Positions 14,561 to 27,624 of a stretch of 64,000 nucleotides of DNA are shown piece after piece. The position numbers and the translations under genes are program-made. Positions within the stretch are counted from its first letter, which is position 1. Each line of letters opens with the position of its first letter. The stretch lies in NCBI RefSeq assembly GCF_009914755.1, contig NC_060937.1, one strand, 5' to 3'. The notes beneath the pieces are model-generated. The model did no database searches. It was not told the origin of the DNA and saw nothing but the letters and a program-made list of their open reading frames with translations. This stretch comes from the human T2T-CHM13v2.0 reference genome, Homo sapiens.

Positions 14561-16979
14561 AGATCTTCCGATTGCCCAAGTCAGACTCACTCAGATCTTT
14601 CTGAGAAAAAGGGGATCTCTTCACGTGCAAACTGGACATAGAGATCATCAGGACTGGTTAATCTCAGGTCTGCCACATGAATTCAATGTCATAGAGAGTT
14701 TCTGCTTCTCTCTGTGGTTATACACCTCTGCTCCGGAAAAACTAAAAAACTGAGCGAATGGCCCTTTCTCTCAGTTTTTTAATTGCAAACCCTATAAGGT
14801 ATTTGGCGTATTAGTATTGTCCTTACCAAGATGAACTTTATGGGAATGTCTATTAATTTGGTTCCCTTTTGGTTCTGGAGCCCAACACACAGATGATTTT
14901 AGGTTTTATTCTATGGCACTAGAAATGTCACACTCATTTGGGTGCTACTATTTTATTAAATGAAGGTATACTTGCATAATCTTTTTGTTTTTTAATATCT
15001 GATTCTTTTCACTATCTGCACATCCTAATCAAAGATGCAGTTTTCGTTCTCAAAATGCCTTCTCTTATTAAATTATTTTTAAACATTAAAAGAAATGTGT
15101 GTGTCCCAGATCAAATAGAGAGCCTATTAGAAGAGTTGAGTAGGATACAAGGAGAGATGTATGTTCTAACATTTCTATCTTCTGCATCATTTGTAAATCT
15201 TTTTTTCCACATTGGCCATGTCCAGTCTAAACCTTTGGCAGCATAGAATGATGTCTACAACACCAGTCTGTATTGGTCACATCCTCTTGTTGTAATGTAA
15301 GGTACCGTAAAGCTCAGAATGTGCCTACGTAGGTAAAATCCTTTTCCTTTTCTTCCCCTTCTTTCCCTTCCTTTCTCATCCTGATCTTAGAATAAGTTTG
15401 GCTAGATCTTTTCAAATTATGTTTTGTTCTCCTTGGTTAAGCAAATGTAAAATTCATGTCTACTTATTCCCAATAAGCTCTTCCCCAGGACTCCTGAGAC
15501 ACCTCCTATAAGTTCTTTTTGATATAATCCTTCTTTCCCCATACTCTGATTTTGAATATCACTGGATCTAAAGTTACTTTTGAATCCTCATGATGAACCT
15601 GCCTCTCATTCTACTCTTGGCGGGAACAGATAAATGCAGAGATGTAATTCAGAGGGACCCAGGAGTTGGGAAATCCAGGCTTCTCTGGCTCCTCTCAGAT
15701 GGTTCCAATTGCTAGTTTGACAGTCTTTGCCAAGCAGGGCATTAATTTTAACCATAGAAACCTGGCAAGTCAGACAATTCAGCTTGACATTGCAATTCAG
15801 CAGTGGGAACTATTAGTTTTGGATCTGATTTTAAGTGGTCTCAGAATAACAGAAAGGGTTTCCTGAAGCCAAGTCATATGGTGGCCCTGTGTTTCCTTAT
15901 CTGCCTTCAGCCAGGTTACCTGGGACCAGAGCATGTGCTTCTCTACTGCAAACCATCTAATCCTATGAGAGGCTGTTGTCCAGCTCTGGTGTTAGTGAGT
16001 TTTATTTCCCATTTTGCTTTCTTATTTCTTTATCTCCAAACTAATGCATGTACATTTTTGGAGGAAAGAAAAGAAAATACAAATAATTTGAAAGATCTTA
16101 AGATCTTAAAGGTCTTTTGTATTTCCACCAAGCAAAAGCAACCCCTTTAATAACTTGGTGCCTATCCTTCCAGAAGAGGCAGTGCAGGGAGAAAGACACA
16201 GAGGGAGGGAGAATTTTACTTGCATTTTCTATTTCCTTGGAATTGCTCCAAAGCAAAAGCACCAAAGCCCTGTTTTGGCCAGGACAGTATCCACTTTATC
16301 TTGGCTGCACATGGGTAGCTTATGCTCCACTATTCAAGGGATTGTTCAACCTTCCATAAACCTGCAAACAAACTCACACCCCCTCTGAGGAACTAGGACT
16401 GCAGAGCTGCTCTTGACACTGCCCCCACCCCTACCTGTGTTAGCTACATCTTTCTGGTTGCAAGGCATAGAGACTAATTTTCTTAGTAAAAAATGTGTGT
16501 TTATTTATGTATACTTGTGTGCCAGATTAACAATAAGCAATCTGTCTATGCTTCAGCACCTCCAAGGGCCAACCTCTCCCTCTGTTTTTCTCACACCAAA
16601 TCCTTGGCTTCACTCAGCATGTCTGCTCCACTCTCCTTTTTCGAAGGATAGATCAGCTCCCTAACCCCCATTCCATATCCAAATTATGGAAGGAACTAAT
16701 CTGCTAGATGCTGCTGTCTCTGTTTTACAGAATTTTATGAGTTAGGCAACCTCAGTAATCACTGGACAGACCCTTGGGTCAGGCATTTGCTCTGAACCAT
16801 TGAGTGGTAGCCCTTGTTCAAAAAATGGATTAATGCTTCTTTCCTAAAGGAGCACGGTAGGAAAGGCTTGGGTGGGTGCAGTAGGCAGCAAGACCAGCAT
16901 GTTAATAATGAGGCTGCCAATAAAATAACTGGTAAAGAACAGGAGGAAGGTATTTGACTTAAAGTTATTTAAACGTTGA

Positions 16980-17245
16980 AAATGACAAGATAGAACTAGT
17001 GATTTATTATTAAACTCTCAGTTTTCTGGCTTGGATGAATGGGTTAGATGGGGTTCCATTAAGAAAGTCAAGAGATATAAAAGAGGCAATTAGTTTTGGA
17101 ATTTATATCTGGGCATATTTAGTTTGAAGAATGTGTGGGGCATCTAAGAGATGATATCTCTTTGCAAATGCTGCTACAAATCTGGAGCTGAGGGTAGTGA
17201 TCTGGCTGGAGATTAGACTTGGGTGTCATTACACATAGATTGCAG
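16980..17245 (-). mobile_element. L2 LINE fragment
   Basis: ttttctggcttggatgaatgggttagatgg...tgggcatattt...ctggctggagattagacttgggtgtcatt. Confidence 0.55.
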
Positions 17246-18064
17246 ATCTCAATCTGTTGCTTGAAAACCTCTGCTTTCTCTAACCTGGAATTAGGCTAGA
17301 TGCAAGAAGATGATGGCAAATTGAGCTTTGGAGGGAACACTATTCCTTTGTAGAGATATTTCATCTCATCAGATTTGTAAATTAATTACATGAAGAGTAA
17401 AAAATCAAGCATCAATACCTTCATAAATTTTTTAAATAAGACTATTATGGTCCACTATGATTCTTAATGGAATCTAAGACAATCTGGCTACTAGGATAAG
17501 GCAAAAAAAGGTAATGCTTATGAATTACAGCTGCCATTGAGATGTATCATGGTGAAAAAGCAGGACACATTATGATGCTATGCAATGTGAAAATCTGTAC
17601 TGAACTTGGTGGAGGTTGGCATGAAGTGACTCTTCTTGGCAAAGAGGGTTTAAAATGTCCTTCCCCTAGCCACAGGGCACAAGAAATTAATTATGTCAGG
17701 GAAACACAGCTGCCAAGGAAAATGCAGATCCAGTGCTCAGGTTACAGAGACAGAGAGCTACAGTACCACCCAGCCATTCCCATTGACCAATATAGGAGGC
17801 AGTTTGCCAATTTGTAAGACAGCTTTGTAAATATGTGGTCCCCCAAGACTCTGTTTTGAACAGTATGTAAGCGGAGACTCAGAAGCAAAGCCTGAATGAT
17901 TGGATGAAGAAAGACCTTAAAAAAAGATACAAATACTACACAGACATCTGTGTTTTTTGAAAACTTAAGCTAGAAACTCCACAAAAGCACAAAGATGTTG
18001 TCAGAAGTAAGTCGAGATTTTGCAGTGCCTTCCTCTCTTCCATCACCACCACCATCATCACCAA

Positions 18065-18250
18065 TGTAGAATGGGCTTTGAAATGATACAACTCTGGTTT
18101 TTAAATTCCAGTTTTTTATTTACTATGTGTCTGACTTTGGACAAGTTCTTAAACTTCATCTGTAGGATGAGGATGTTGCTTAGCATTGTTGCACAATGGA
18201 AATAATGTGTGCAAAGTACCTGGCCCAGGGAAGGTTTTGAAATGTTTGCA
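18065..18250 (+). mobile_element. MIR SINE
   Basis: tgactttggacaagttcttaa...tcatctgtaggatgagg...gcaaagtacctggc. Confidence 0.6.
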
Positions 18251-18254
18251 ATTT

Positions 18255-18382
18255 TTTCTTTTTTCAAATTTGTATAAATGTAAGGGTTACAAGTGCAGTT
18301 TTGTTACAGGGATATATTTTGTAATGGGAAAGTTTGGGCTTTTGATGTAACCATCACCCCAATAATATACATTAGACTCATT
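18255..18382 (-). mobile_element. L1 3' end fragment (L1PB/L1MA-like)
   Basis: aagggttacaagtgcagttttgttacagggatatatt...gtaaccatcaccccaataatatacatt. Confidence 0.75.
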
Positions 18383-20903
18383 GTTTACAATTATTAATCC
18401 CAAAAACCTTTGTTAATAAATGCAAAAATACCTGTAAGAAATCCTCTAGGTTCCCTTATAAAATTATTCTTCTCAATTTATTTTTCCTTAAGTTTGGAAA
18501 TCTGTCAACTCTAAAATCTTTTCTATGAAGATCATTTAGGTTTTTAGGAGTCTTGCCCAATTATTTGAGGAGGATTTATTGCAGTTTTGAGAGATACATA
18601 GAATGGCTTGCCTTCTTCTCTAAATTGTAAGCAAATTTCAGATCTAAAAACATGTTGAAGATTCTATTTTATGTATGAACCCGGCTATTACTTGAATGAT
18701 TCAGAGACCTCAGTTTCTGCATGGCATCTGAAGGGACTTCAGGAATTCGAGGTTGGTGGATGATTGTACCATCATCACTGCGTATTTGGGATTTTTGTGC
18801 TATTATACCGAGGGTTGTATAGCATCTTCCTAGCAACTTCTTTCTAGTTTATTGCCACTATTGCAAATGTCAGATCTCAAGACTTTTGAGTGTTGGGCTT
18901 TTTATGAAGCCAGTAGCCAGTCTAAAATAAATTACTAGACATATGCTGATAGCAGAAAATGACCATAGAGTTATTTTCCCATTTACTCTTTATTGTTATA
19001 TTTAAAAAGTGAACTTCTGTGAACACTGACATGGTTGCCATGTATTTTTTTTGGTTCTTGCTTGTGGCTTGCTCTGTGAATAGCCTAAAAACTATTTCAC
19101 TAGTGGTCATCTACGTTAGCTAGAGGGTAAATTCCCTAAGGACATAGACTGATAGCAAATTTGCTCAGCGTGGGGAGAAGAGAAATCACTAAATACATTT
19201 TGTTGAATTAACCCAACTTAGTGAATTCATAATAAAACAAATGGCAACATTTTATAGCACCAGGAAATATTGTCAGATGAAGTTCTTTCTGACAAAATCT
19301 GGGGTGATATGAAAAGTAACTTATTCTCCCAAGACAACTGGCATCTTTTCTCTGAGACTCACTAGGCTTTGAGGATATGCTAAGATGGAGTTTGAGGTTT
19401 GGGAGAGGCTCCTCTTGGCACATAGAAACTGAAGTGCATGTGTGACTTTCTTCCTACTCAAGTGTATTGAGTAAAGAAAAATATTATCTAAAAATTGATG
19501 TTGGCTCACTCTGACTTAGCAAACACAATCTTGGATTTGTATGGACACGTAAAGCTTTGGTAGCCACATATAGTTGATGACTGACTTCCTTTGGCCTGCC
19601 ACCTGACTTTCTTGACCCTGACGTAGACACAGAGGAAGGACTAGGCTGTCTTTATATTATTTAAAAGAAAACTGAAGAGTCAACCGAAACAAAGCAGCTG
19701 GAGCAGAAACTCATTACTGGGTAGAGAGGTTGAGGACACACTTAGCTGAGTTTGAAATCTACAACAAAGTTGAAGGCTCAGGGTGGGCTGCAAAAAGATA
19801 ACTCTCTCCTCCAGGTTGTAGAGATTTTTATAGTAGGGAGAGAAAATTGATGAATATGAACCCTGTCAGCAGTAATTAACAGCTCCCAAATGTGGTAAAC
19901 TGGGCTTCCAGTTGCCTTGGAGGTAATGTCTGACACAGAGATGACAAGAGATGCAAGTTTATAAATATCAAATCTAAATTAAGTAGACATACTGAGAAGA
20001 TAATTTTCCCTCTGTTTTTGCTTTGTGTTTTTGGTTATGATCCATTTCATTAACCTGAACTTCAAGTTTACACCATGGTACCCAACCATGATAAAATCTA
20101 GGGATATAATTGTCAAGAAAGAATGACTCATCTGTTTTCATTACCCATTCATTATAGGGCCCTTCTTATTTTAGAATCCATTAAAAAATTACAGTAGCTA
20201 GTTTATAGAACGTATTTTATAATACTAACTATAATCATTGAATTTCTAGTGTTTTTAGAAGGAGTGATGGCTGTGTACTACTCTGGTTGAATTTGTTATA
20301 AAAACATTGACTTTACTTAGAGGTTATGGACTTTTCAAATATTTTAAAATAGTATTCAACAACAGACTCATTCAGTTCCAAACAATTACCTCAGGCTTCC
20401 ATTCCCTGCATTCCAGGCAACCACTTTTGAGTAGCCCATTTGTCTCCCGGAGACTCTGGTATTTTCCTTCTTCTCTTTTCTTCCATTCTCTTTGTGTTCC
20501 CATCCACCCCCAGGAAATTGGGTAATTATTACACTTTATCCCTTTCCTTCATCCACTGATCCAGGGATTTGCGCTGCATTGCAGATTTTATAACAGGGAA
20601 AATAAAAAGTGTTGGTTCTAGAATAAGAATGAATGATTCTATAATGAGAAGAGATGGTTTAGGCTACACTTTGTCTTTCTCGCTGCGACAGCATGCTCAC
20701 TATGCACAGGATCATGGAAAACAAAATGAAATATAACATGACACTTTGGCAATTTATTTAATTTTGTGTATTAGAACAAAACCGAGAACAATGTGAATTG
20801 AAAGCCAGTCTTCAAGAGTTTCTAAACATTTGGCATCTGCCTCCTTGTCAATAATATCCTAATGAGCACTTTTGTTCTGCTTTACAAACCTTGTCTAAGT
20901 CAT

Positions 20904-21281
20904 TGTCTAAGTCTGTTTTGTGCTGCTATAAATTACTAAGATGGGGCAACTTATAATGAACAGAAATTTATTGGCTCACAGTTCTAGAGGCCGTGAAGTC
21001 CAAGACTGAGGGGCTGGCATTTGTTAAGGTCTACTGTTATGTCATCTCATAGTGGAAAGGCAAAGAGAGGTTGAGAGAGTACAAGAAGAGGCTGAACCTG
21101 TCCTTTCATGAGGAACCAACTCCTGCAATAACGAGCCCACTCATATGATCAAAGCATTAGTCCATTCATGAGGACAGAGCCCTCATGGCCTAATGTCCTC
21201 TTAACAGTTCCACCTCTTAATAATGTTACAGTGGTAAGTTTTCAATACATGCTTTATGCGGGACACATTCAAACCATAACA
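20904..21281 (-). mobile_element. MaLR solo LTR (MSTD/MLT1A-like) with 5-bp TSD gtcat
   Basis: Starts tgtctaagtctgttttgtgctgctataa and ends cattcaaaccataaca; gtcat at 20899-20903 and 21282-21286. Confidence 0.9.
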
Positions 21282-21361
21282 GTCATACACAATACAAAGT
21301 ATGGGATGGGAAAGTACAATTGTCCTCATTGCTTAGGACAGGAATAAAAAGTTTCAGGTCA

Positions 21362-21663
21362 GGTGGGCGAGGTGGCTCATGCCTGTAATCCCAGCACTTT
21401 GGGAGGCCAAGGCGGGTGGATCACAAGGTTAGGAGTTCAAGATCAGCCTGGTCAAGATGGTGAAACCCCGTCTCTACTAAAAATACAAAAAAAGTAGCTG
21501 GGTATGATGGCAGATGCCTGTAATCCCAGCTACTTGGGAGGCTAAGGCAGAGAATTGCTTGAACTCAGGAGGTGGAGGTTGCAGTGAGCCAAGATCTCCC
21601 CTGCACTCCAGCCTGGGTGACAGAGTGAGACTCCATCTCAAAAACAAAAACAAAACAAAACAA
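21362..21663 (+). mobile_element. Alu (AluSg-like) with perfect 16-bp TSD
   Basis: Full Alu; TSD aaaaagtttcaggtca at 21346-21361 and 21664-21679. Confidence 0.96.
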
Positions 21664-22659
21664 AAAAAGTTTCAGGTCATGCAGCAAATGGTAGAAAGAG
21701 GATTCCATTCATCCCCAAATCAAGTGACAGGCTGTTCAGCTTTCAAACCACTAGGGCATATGCTTATTTGACTGTTGCGTTTTTATCTTATCATGATCTC
21801 TTAATTCAGGACAAATTACTTTACCACCTGAGCCTACGGTGAAAAATCGAAAGTATAATTCCTGCTATGCTACTCTGCTGCTCTACAAGTAATTAAGTGA
21901 ATTGTAAGTATTTTCTAAGATGTATTTTACAGATTTTGACTCATCATTGAATTAGACATTTTTAAAGCTTAAATCCAGTGCACCAAAAACACAGGATGAA
22001 GAATTTACAGAATGAAGGAAAAAATGCAGTAATAAGTTTAAGTTCAAAGAAGTTAATTCTATTTTTGACATTAGGAATGCTCACATTCAAGACCCTTTTT
22101 GGTTAGGTCAAAAGGTATGAAACATTGAGATCATATCTTTACATTAATAATGTGAACCTGCAAAGTTCAGCTATTAGAATCAAACACATTGAAGAGGTGA
22201 TCTCTTCTCTGTGAAATCTGTCTAACCTATATCTTTGCAATCTCAATAAGGAACTGACTTTCAAACCTTGTAACATGATCTTATAAACACAGGCATTCAG
22301 AATGCTGCAATATGGTACTTCAAGGATTTGAGCTTTTTGTGGCCAATCTATCACTAATTATGTGTAATTAAGGAAAGAAAAATATAGTGCTACAAAATTG
22401 AATGCATATTTTAAAAAACAGATGCATATTTTGTCTGGGAATTTTGCTGGCATTAATATTTTTGGAAATGATATTATAATAGCAAGTAAATTATAGATCA
22501 TTTTATTGAAAGACAGAGTGAGTGTCCTTAGATTCCAAAGACTCTTTCAAACTTCTATTTTCCTATCAAAATCAGTCATCAGAAAAATTTTTGGATAAAT
22601 ACTTTCAATGTAATGAGAGCATTAGAATCCAGGAAAAGAATGGTGTTTAAAAACATATG

Positions 22660-22800
22660 AGCCAGGCATGGTGGCTTTTGCCTGTAGTCCCAGATGCTTG
22701 GGAGGCTAAGATGGGAGGACTGTTTGAGGCCAGGAGTTTGAGGCAGCTTGGGCAGCACAGTGAGACACTGTGTCTAAAAAATTTTTCTTTAAAAAAGAAA
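22660..22800 (+). mobile_element. Alu monomer (FLAM-like)
   Basis: gccaggcatggtggc...cctgtagtcccag...gaggccaggagtttgagg...gagacactgtgtctaaaaa; single arm only. Confidence 0.85.
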
Positions 22801-23488
22801 CACTTCTTTAAGAAAGAGTGAAGGGGCAGAGCTTTATTTTGCGTTGGGAATGGGAATTGTGGACAAACTGTTGTTTGGTTATCTTTGCAGCAGCTTAAGT
22901 GCTGTGGAAGAAAGATGAGAAATTTCCCAAGTATTTCATACGGGAGCACTAAATACAGATAAAAGATCTTATCTCAATTCAGTTAAATCCGATCTTGAGT
23001 GACGTAACAGTATACTAGATTTTGTGGCATTACAGAAATATTAAAAAAAAGTCTCGACACTTGAAGAACTTACAATCTTATCACATAGACAAGCATATTA
23101 AAAACGTGTTCCATAGCCAAGGATAATGACACAAACTCCATTTGTATTCAATAGATATTGGATTCCATTCTTCACAATGTTTAAGTTACTCTCGGTGAAG
23201 TGCAGTGAGAGCCACTTAATTTCCTTCCTGCAACATCTAAGTGTCCGAGGCTAACTTTGAGGGCCAAACACCCAGTTCTCTTCATTTTTTTCCCGTTTAA
23301 AAAGTTGTCATTTTAATTGGAAAATATTTACCATCTACGATAAGCTTCTGAGCACTGGGATTGATTTTTAGCCATTTCTGATTCCTACTAAATACTCTGT
23401 ACACTGAGCAATGCACTAAATGTTCAATAAATTTCCTAAGAAGAAAATAAAATTTTTGTATAAAAGAATGAAGGAGATAACATCTTAG

Positions 23489-23489
<1 letters not shown>

Positions 23490-23523
<34 letters not shown>
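23490..23523. repeat. (CA)17 microsatellite
   Basis: Perfect CA run. Confidence 0.97.
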
Positions 23524-23527
<4 letters not shown>

Positions 23528-23539
23528 ATTAAATGTATA

Positions 23540-23775
23540 GTTAAAAAATTTGAGAACTTGGCTAAAAACCCCAGGTCCACCTCTTACTAGCTGTGTGATC
23601 TTAGACAATCTTAGGACTATGATTGTAAAAGGATTGTAGGTTGTTCATTCACAAAATAACAAATGTAAGGATAGATCCTTGAGATAATCTTGTGTGGGTT
23701 AGATTACATCATATATGTGAAGTGCCTACAATAAGTTCTTGCACATAAGTGCCCAATAATTATTAACTATATTGT
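23540..23775 (+). mobile_element. MIR SINE
   Basis: cctcttactagctgtgtgatcttagacaa...gtgaagtgcctacaataagttcttgcacataagtgcccaataa. Confidence 0.65.
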
Positions 23776-26309
23776 TAGTTGTACTTCTCTATATCTTAAA
23801 AGATTTTACACAACTAATACTAAAAACAGATATAATGAAACCAGAAGAAAAGAGATAAGAATCAGGCTATAAAGTTGACACCTAATTTATTCCAATTCTT
23901 TGACCAAATGTGTGAAACTGGTTTGTAGCTCTTAAAAGATGCCCAAAGTCAGGTAGTATTTCATGGAAGAAGATACTGCATATGTATGAATTTTGTTAAT
24001 ATTTATTTTTTATATCATTACTTTGGGGATGTGACAATATTATAAAACAGATACCTGGCAAAACTCAAAACACCATTGCAAAGAGATTAGAAAGAGTTGA
24101 TCCAGGTGCTTCGTTAATAGCAAATGAATCTGAATAGCAGTTGACTTAGATTTTTATCAAGTCATAGTAAATGGCATTCTCTAGGAATCCAGAAATATGG
24201 TCCTAAAACATGGTGACTTGGTAACTAACAGATTTTAAAAAATTATTATGGTGAATGAAGAAGCTTCTCTTCTTTTAAATTTTAAAATTTTTTCATCACC
24301 TCAAGTCTGAAGAAGCTTCACTTGAGTTGTTTAGCTCAGTAAAATTATGCTTTTTGCCCTGCAACTGCTTACCATCAAAATTGTCCAAAGATTCTAAAGC
24401 CTGCTGTATTTAAAAATCTACATTAAGTCACTGGTTTATTAATCTTTTAGTTAGCTATGCTATGAAATGTTAGCCCAATTTCTCAGTCAAACTGTTTTTA
24501 ATCTGTGAGACGATGTCATTTCCCCCATCTATGCCTCTTCTAAGGTCATAAAATTTGGTTGAATTCATACCCTTTGCTAAAGTTATGATCCAGCCAGTTA
24601 CTGAGCATTTTCTAAATTAGGAATTATCTATAACTTTAGTGCTTCCCTTTCATGAAAATCCCCCATTTTTCATGGTTTAAAATTAAGTCAGTACTTCAGA
24701 CATGGTACCTGGTGAGCCAGCTGGTTTCTTGGACTCCTGTAATAAATTATTTCTATTGTTCTCCAGGCCTCAGATCCAGTGTTCTCTTGGGATCTTGCTA
24801 AGTACCCATGTTATCTCCTAATCCTGGCTGGTTGCCAACTCACAGGCATTCGTAGCCTATTTCAATCTGGCTTTCACATTTGCTCTTTACACACCCAAGT
24901 TGGCCTTGTAACACTGCCCAACCGAGGTAAGGAGGAGAGAATCACACCAGTTGCACAGTCCTGTAGCCCAGAGAGTCTCTGAGATCTTATTGGAGTCTGT
25001 AAGTTCACAGCACAACTCAAGGATGATGGCAGTCTTCCACCCACATTATTATTGCCTTTCCTGTGCTCTGGGCTTGGAAGTCTTGGGCTGACTCTTGTCT
25101 GAATCATTACTCAACTTATAACCATGCCCAGTGCTGTGTCTCAGCTGCTCAATGGCATCTCTGAATTTCTACATTTAGCTCTGAGTAAGACCAGTTCCCT
25201 TGGGTCCTTGCTGGTTTGTTGTTTGGGTTTTCAGCCAGTCCCAGGATTTTCCAGAGTGAGCTGGCTTATCATGACTTGTGCTTCGATACCAGAAAGGAAA
25301 ATAGCCAACCATCAGGTCGGGGTAAGGAGTTAGGGAAAGCATTTTAGACCTCCCTGAATGGCTGTGTGAATTAGGGTTATGGTTGGATAGGATGTTGAAA
25401 TGAGTGACAGAGCATTCTAAGTGGACGAACCACATGAGGAAAGGCAGATAAATAGTTTTGATCTTTTGCTAAAGGAAATCAAGCAGAACAATTTGCCCGC
25501 GGGCTTCAATTTGGATTTATGAAGTTTAATAAAAATTCACAGGAAATTTTGAATGTAAAAATCAAGAATTTGACATTATGTTATTCTTCCATGAGGAGCC
25601 ATTGAATGTTTTTAGGAGGCAAACATTTATTAAGGGTATTTAGTTGGTTCTAGAGAACAAAGAGTAAGACCTGTATGTAGTGATTGTACTCCTTTTCCAG
25701 TAGGAGAGGCAGATATGTAAATGAATAATTTTGATGTTCAGTTGAAGATTTTTTAACAAATGCAGTTTGGTCCAGAAGTTGGTTTATTAACCCAATTATA
25801 AAATTTGGTTATAGGAGGGAATTTAAAAATACCTTTTCATACTTACATTTAAAACATAAAATTGTGACCTCATTCACTGATCTTTTGATATAAGTCAAGG
25901 CCTTTTCTTTGGGTAAAGATCTTCTGCTTATAATTATGCATTGCTTTTTTTTACATATACCACATAATGCATGACATATGGTTTAATGTTTTTATTTTTC
26001 AAAGTGGAGTGAAAAATCAAAGAAACTTGCAAAGTAATGAGTGAAGACTGTACTGGGTTGGTATTAGTTTTATAAACTAGTGTTTTAGTTATCTTGCCAA
26101 CATTTAATTTAACAGTGTTATTTTTAGCAACTCACCTTTATTCAGTTTTTAAAAATATTCACGTGCATTTTCATAGAAACAACCCTTGTCACACTTTTCA
26201 AAATCACATTTAGAATATAATTTAATTATATCATTAAAACAGTAAGGACAACTGGTTTGGGAAGAAATGTTACCAACTTTTTGGTGCCAACTTTTCGGTG
26301 CACATACAA

Positions 26310-26690
26310 GTCAACTGGCAGAAAGAGAAGCTCTTGATTATGCTGGACAGCTAAAAGGTGAGAGAGTCTAGCATGCTTTGGGCATCAGCCATTGCATTTT
26401 ACAAAAGGAATGGATGATATAATTGTAGTTTAGGTACATTAATTGGAGTTTCATTAAGAAGAGTTCTTTGCTACCAAAACTGAGGCACGCACAGATGTCA
26501 TGGGAGGACAGTCTAACAGCAATTAAGTATTTATGAAATCAAGTAGGGCCCAGATCAGAACCTTGGGAAGCACCAACTATGGGATGAAAGATTTAAAATT
26601 TGACTATCTTGATGAGTGTAAACAACCGCAAACTTACACTCAAAAATCAATTCATAATTGATTTCAGGAAAACTGAAATAGAAGTGGAAG
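26310..26690 (-). mobile_element. Highly decayed non-LTR retrotransposon RT-domain fossil (not L1)
   Basis: Minus-strand translation from 26580 gives IVGASQGSDLGPT*F, resembling GVPQGSVLGPxLF; then LMYLNY at the expected YADD position and QSMLDSLTF*LSS resembling LQxxLxxLxxW. Confidence 0.5.
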
Positions 26691-27527
26691 AGACAAAAAA
26701 GGGAGTCAGGGAGCTATTAAAGAAATATCTCTTCAATTTCACCATTTTACTCAGGATCAATTCTTCTCTGAAGCGCAGAAAAATACATGGAGGTAATTTA
26801 AACATAAATTATGTGTTTAAATTCTTTTTTTTCAGTTACAGTTTCAAGTTTATTAACAAAGATGGAAGGAATGGAGAAGAAGATGGTTGATAAGGACATG
26901 TTTTTCAGAAAGGTAAAAAAAATAAGAAAGTTTCTTAGAATGAATGTGGCACTAATAAAAAGTATAATATATAATAATCGTGTAGAACATTGTAGAAATT
27001 TTCAAAAATTCTGCAACAGTAGAAAACTGCACACATATATCAGCAAATAAAAGCTAAAAGTCATACATAATTCTACCCAGAGATGATCTGTGTTAAATTT
27101 TATCTTATATTACTTTTTAGTAGTATGTATACACACACACATAAATGGGAACGTACTAAAACATCTTTTTTTTTCACTTAACAATATACTGTGGTCATTG
27201 TTCATGACATTGACTTTTTTTATTTTTCTAGTCGGTGGTATTGGCTGTGATTGTAAGTAATTACTAAATTTTAGTGTTGAGAGTAACTATTCTTGTTCTC
27301 ATCTGGTTTGTCATTTTAATAGCACAGTGGTTGCTGTAGACTTCAGGAAGCTCTTTTTTAACAGATAAAGAGAAATTCTTGTTTATTTTTGCTTTGGGCT
27401 TTTTTCCTTTATTTCATTTATATCAGCAATGGGTATAGAATTGTATCAATTTTTTTTGGCATCTATAGAATTGACCACACAGATTATTTCCTTTAACTGG
27501 TAGTTAGAATGAAATACATGGATGAAA

Positions 27528-27624
27528 ACTTCCTCTTTCCCTCCTTTCCTCCCTCCCTCCTTCCCTCCCCCTTCCCTCTCTTCCTCCCTCCCTCCCTTCT
27601 TTCCTCCCTTCCTTCCTTCCTTCC
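27528..27624. repeat. Polypyrimidine (CCTT/CCCT)n tract
   Basis: About 95 bp made only of C and T. Confidence 0.9.

Noticed and set aside
18020-18205. Poly-His ORF
   Set aside because: Arises from a short (CAC/CAT)n repeat next to a MIR
26668-26911. Two apparent plus-strand exons bounded by ag/gt
   Set aside because: The intervening intron would be only ~43 nt and the peptides are unrecognisable
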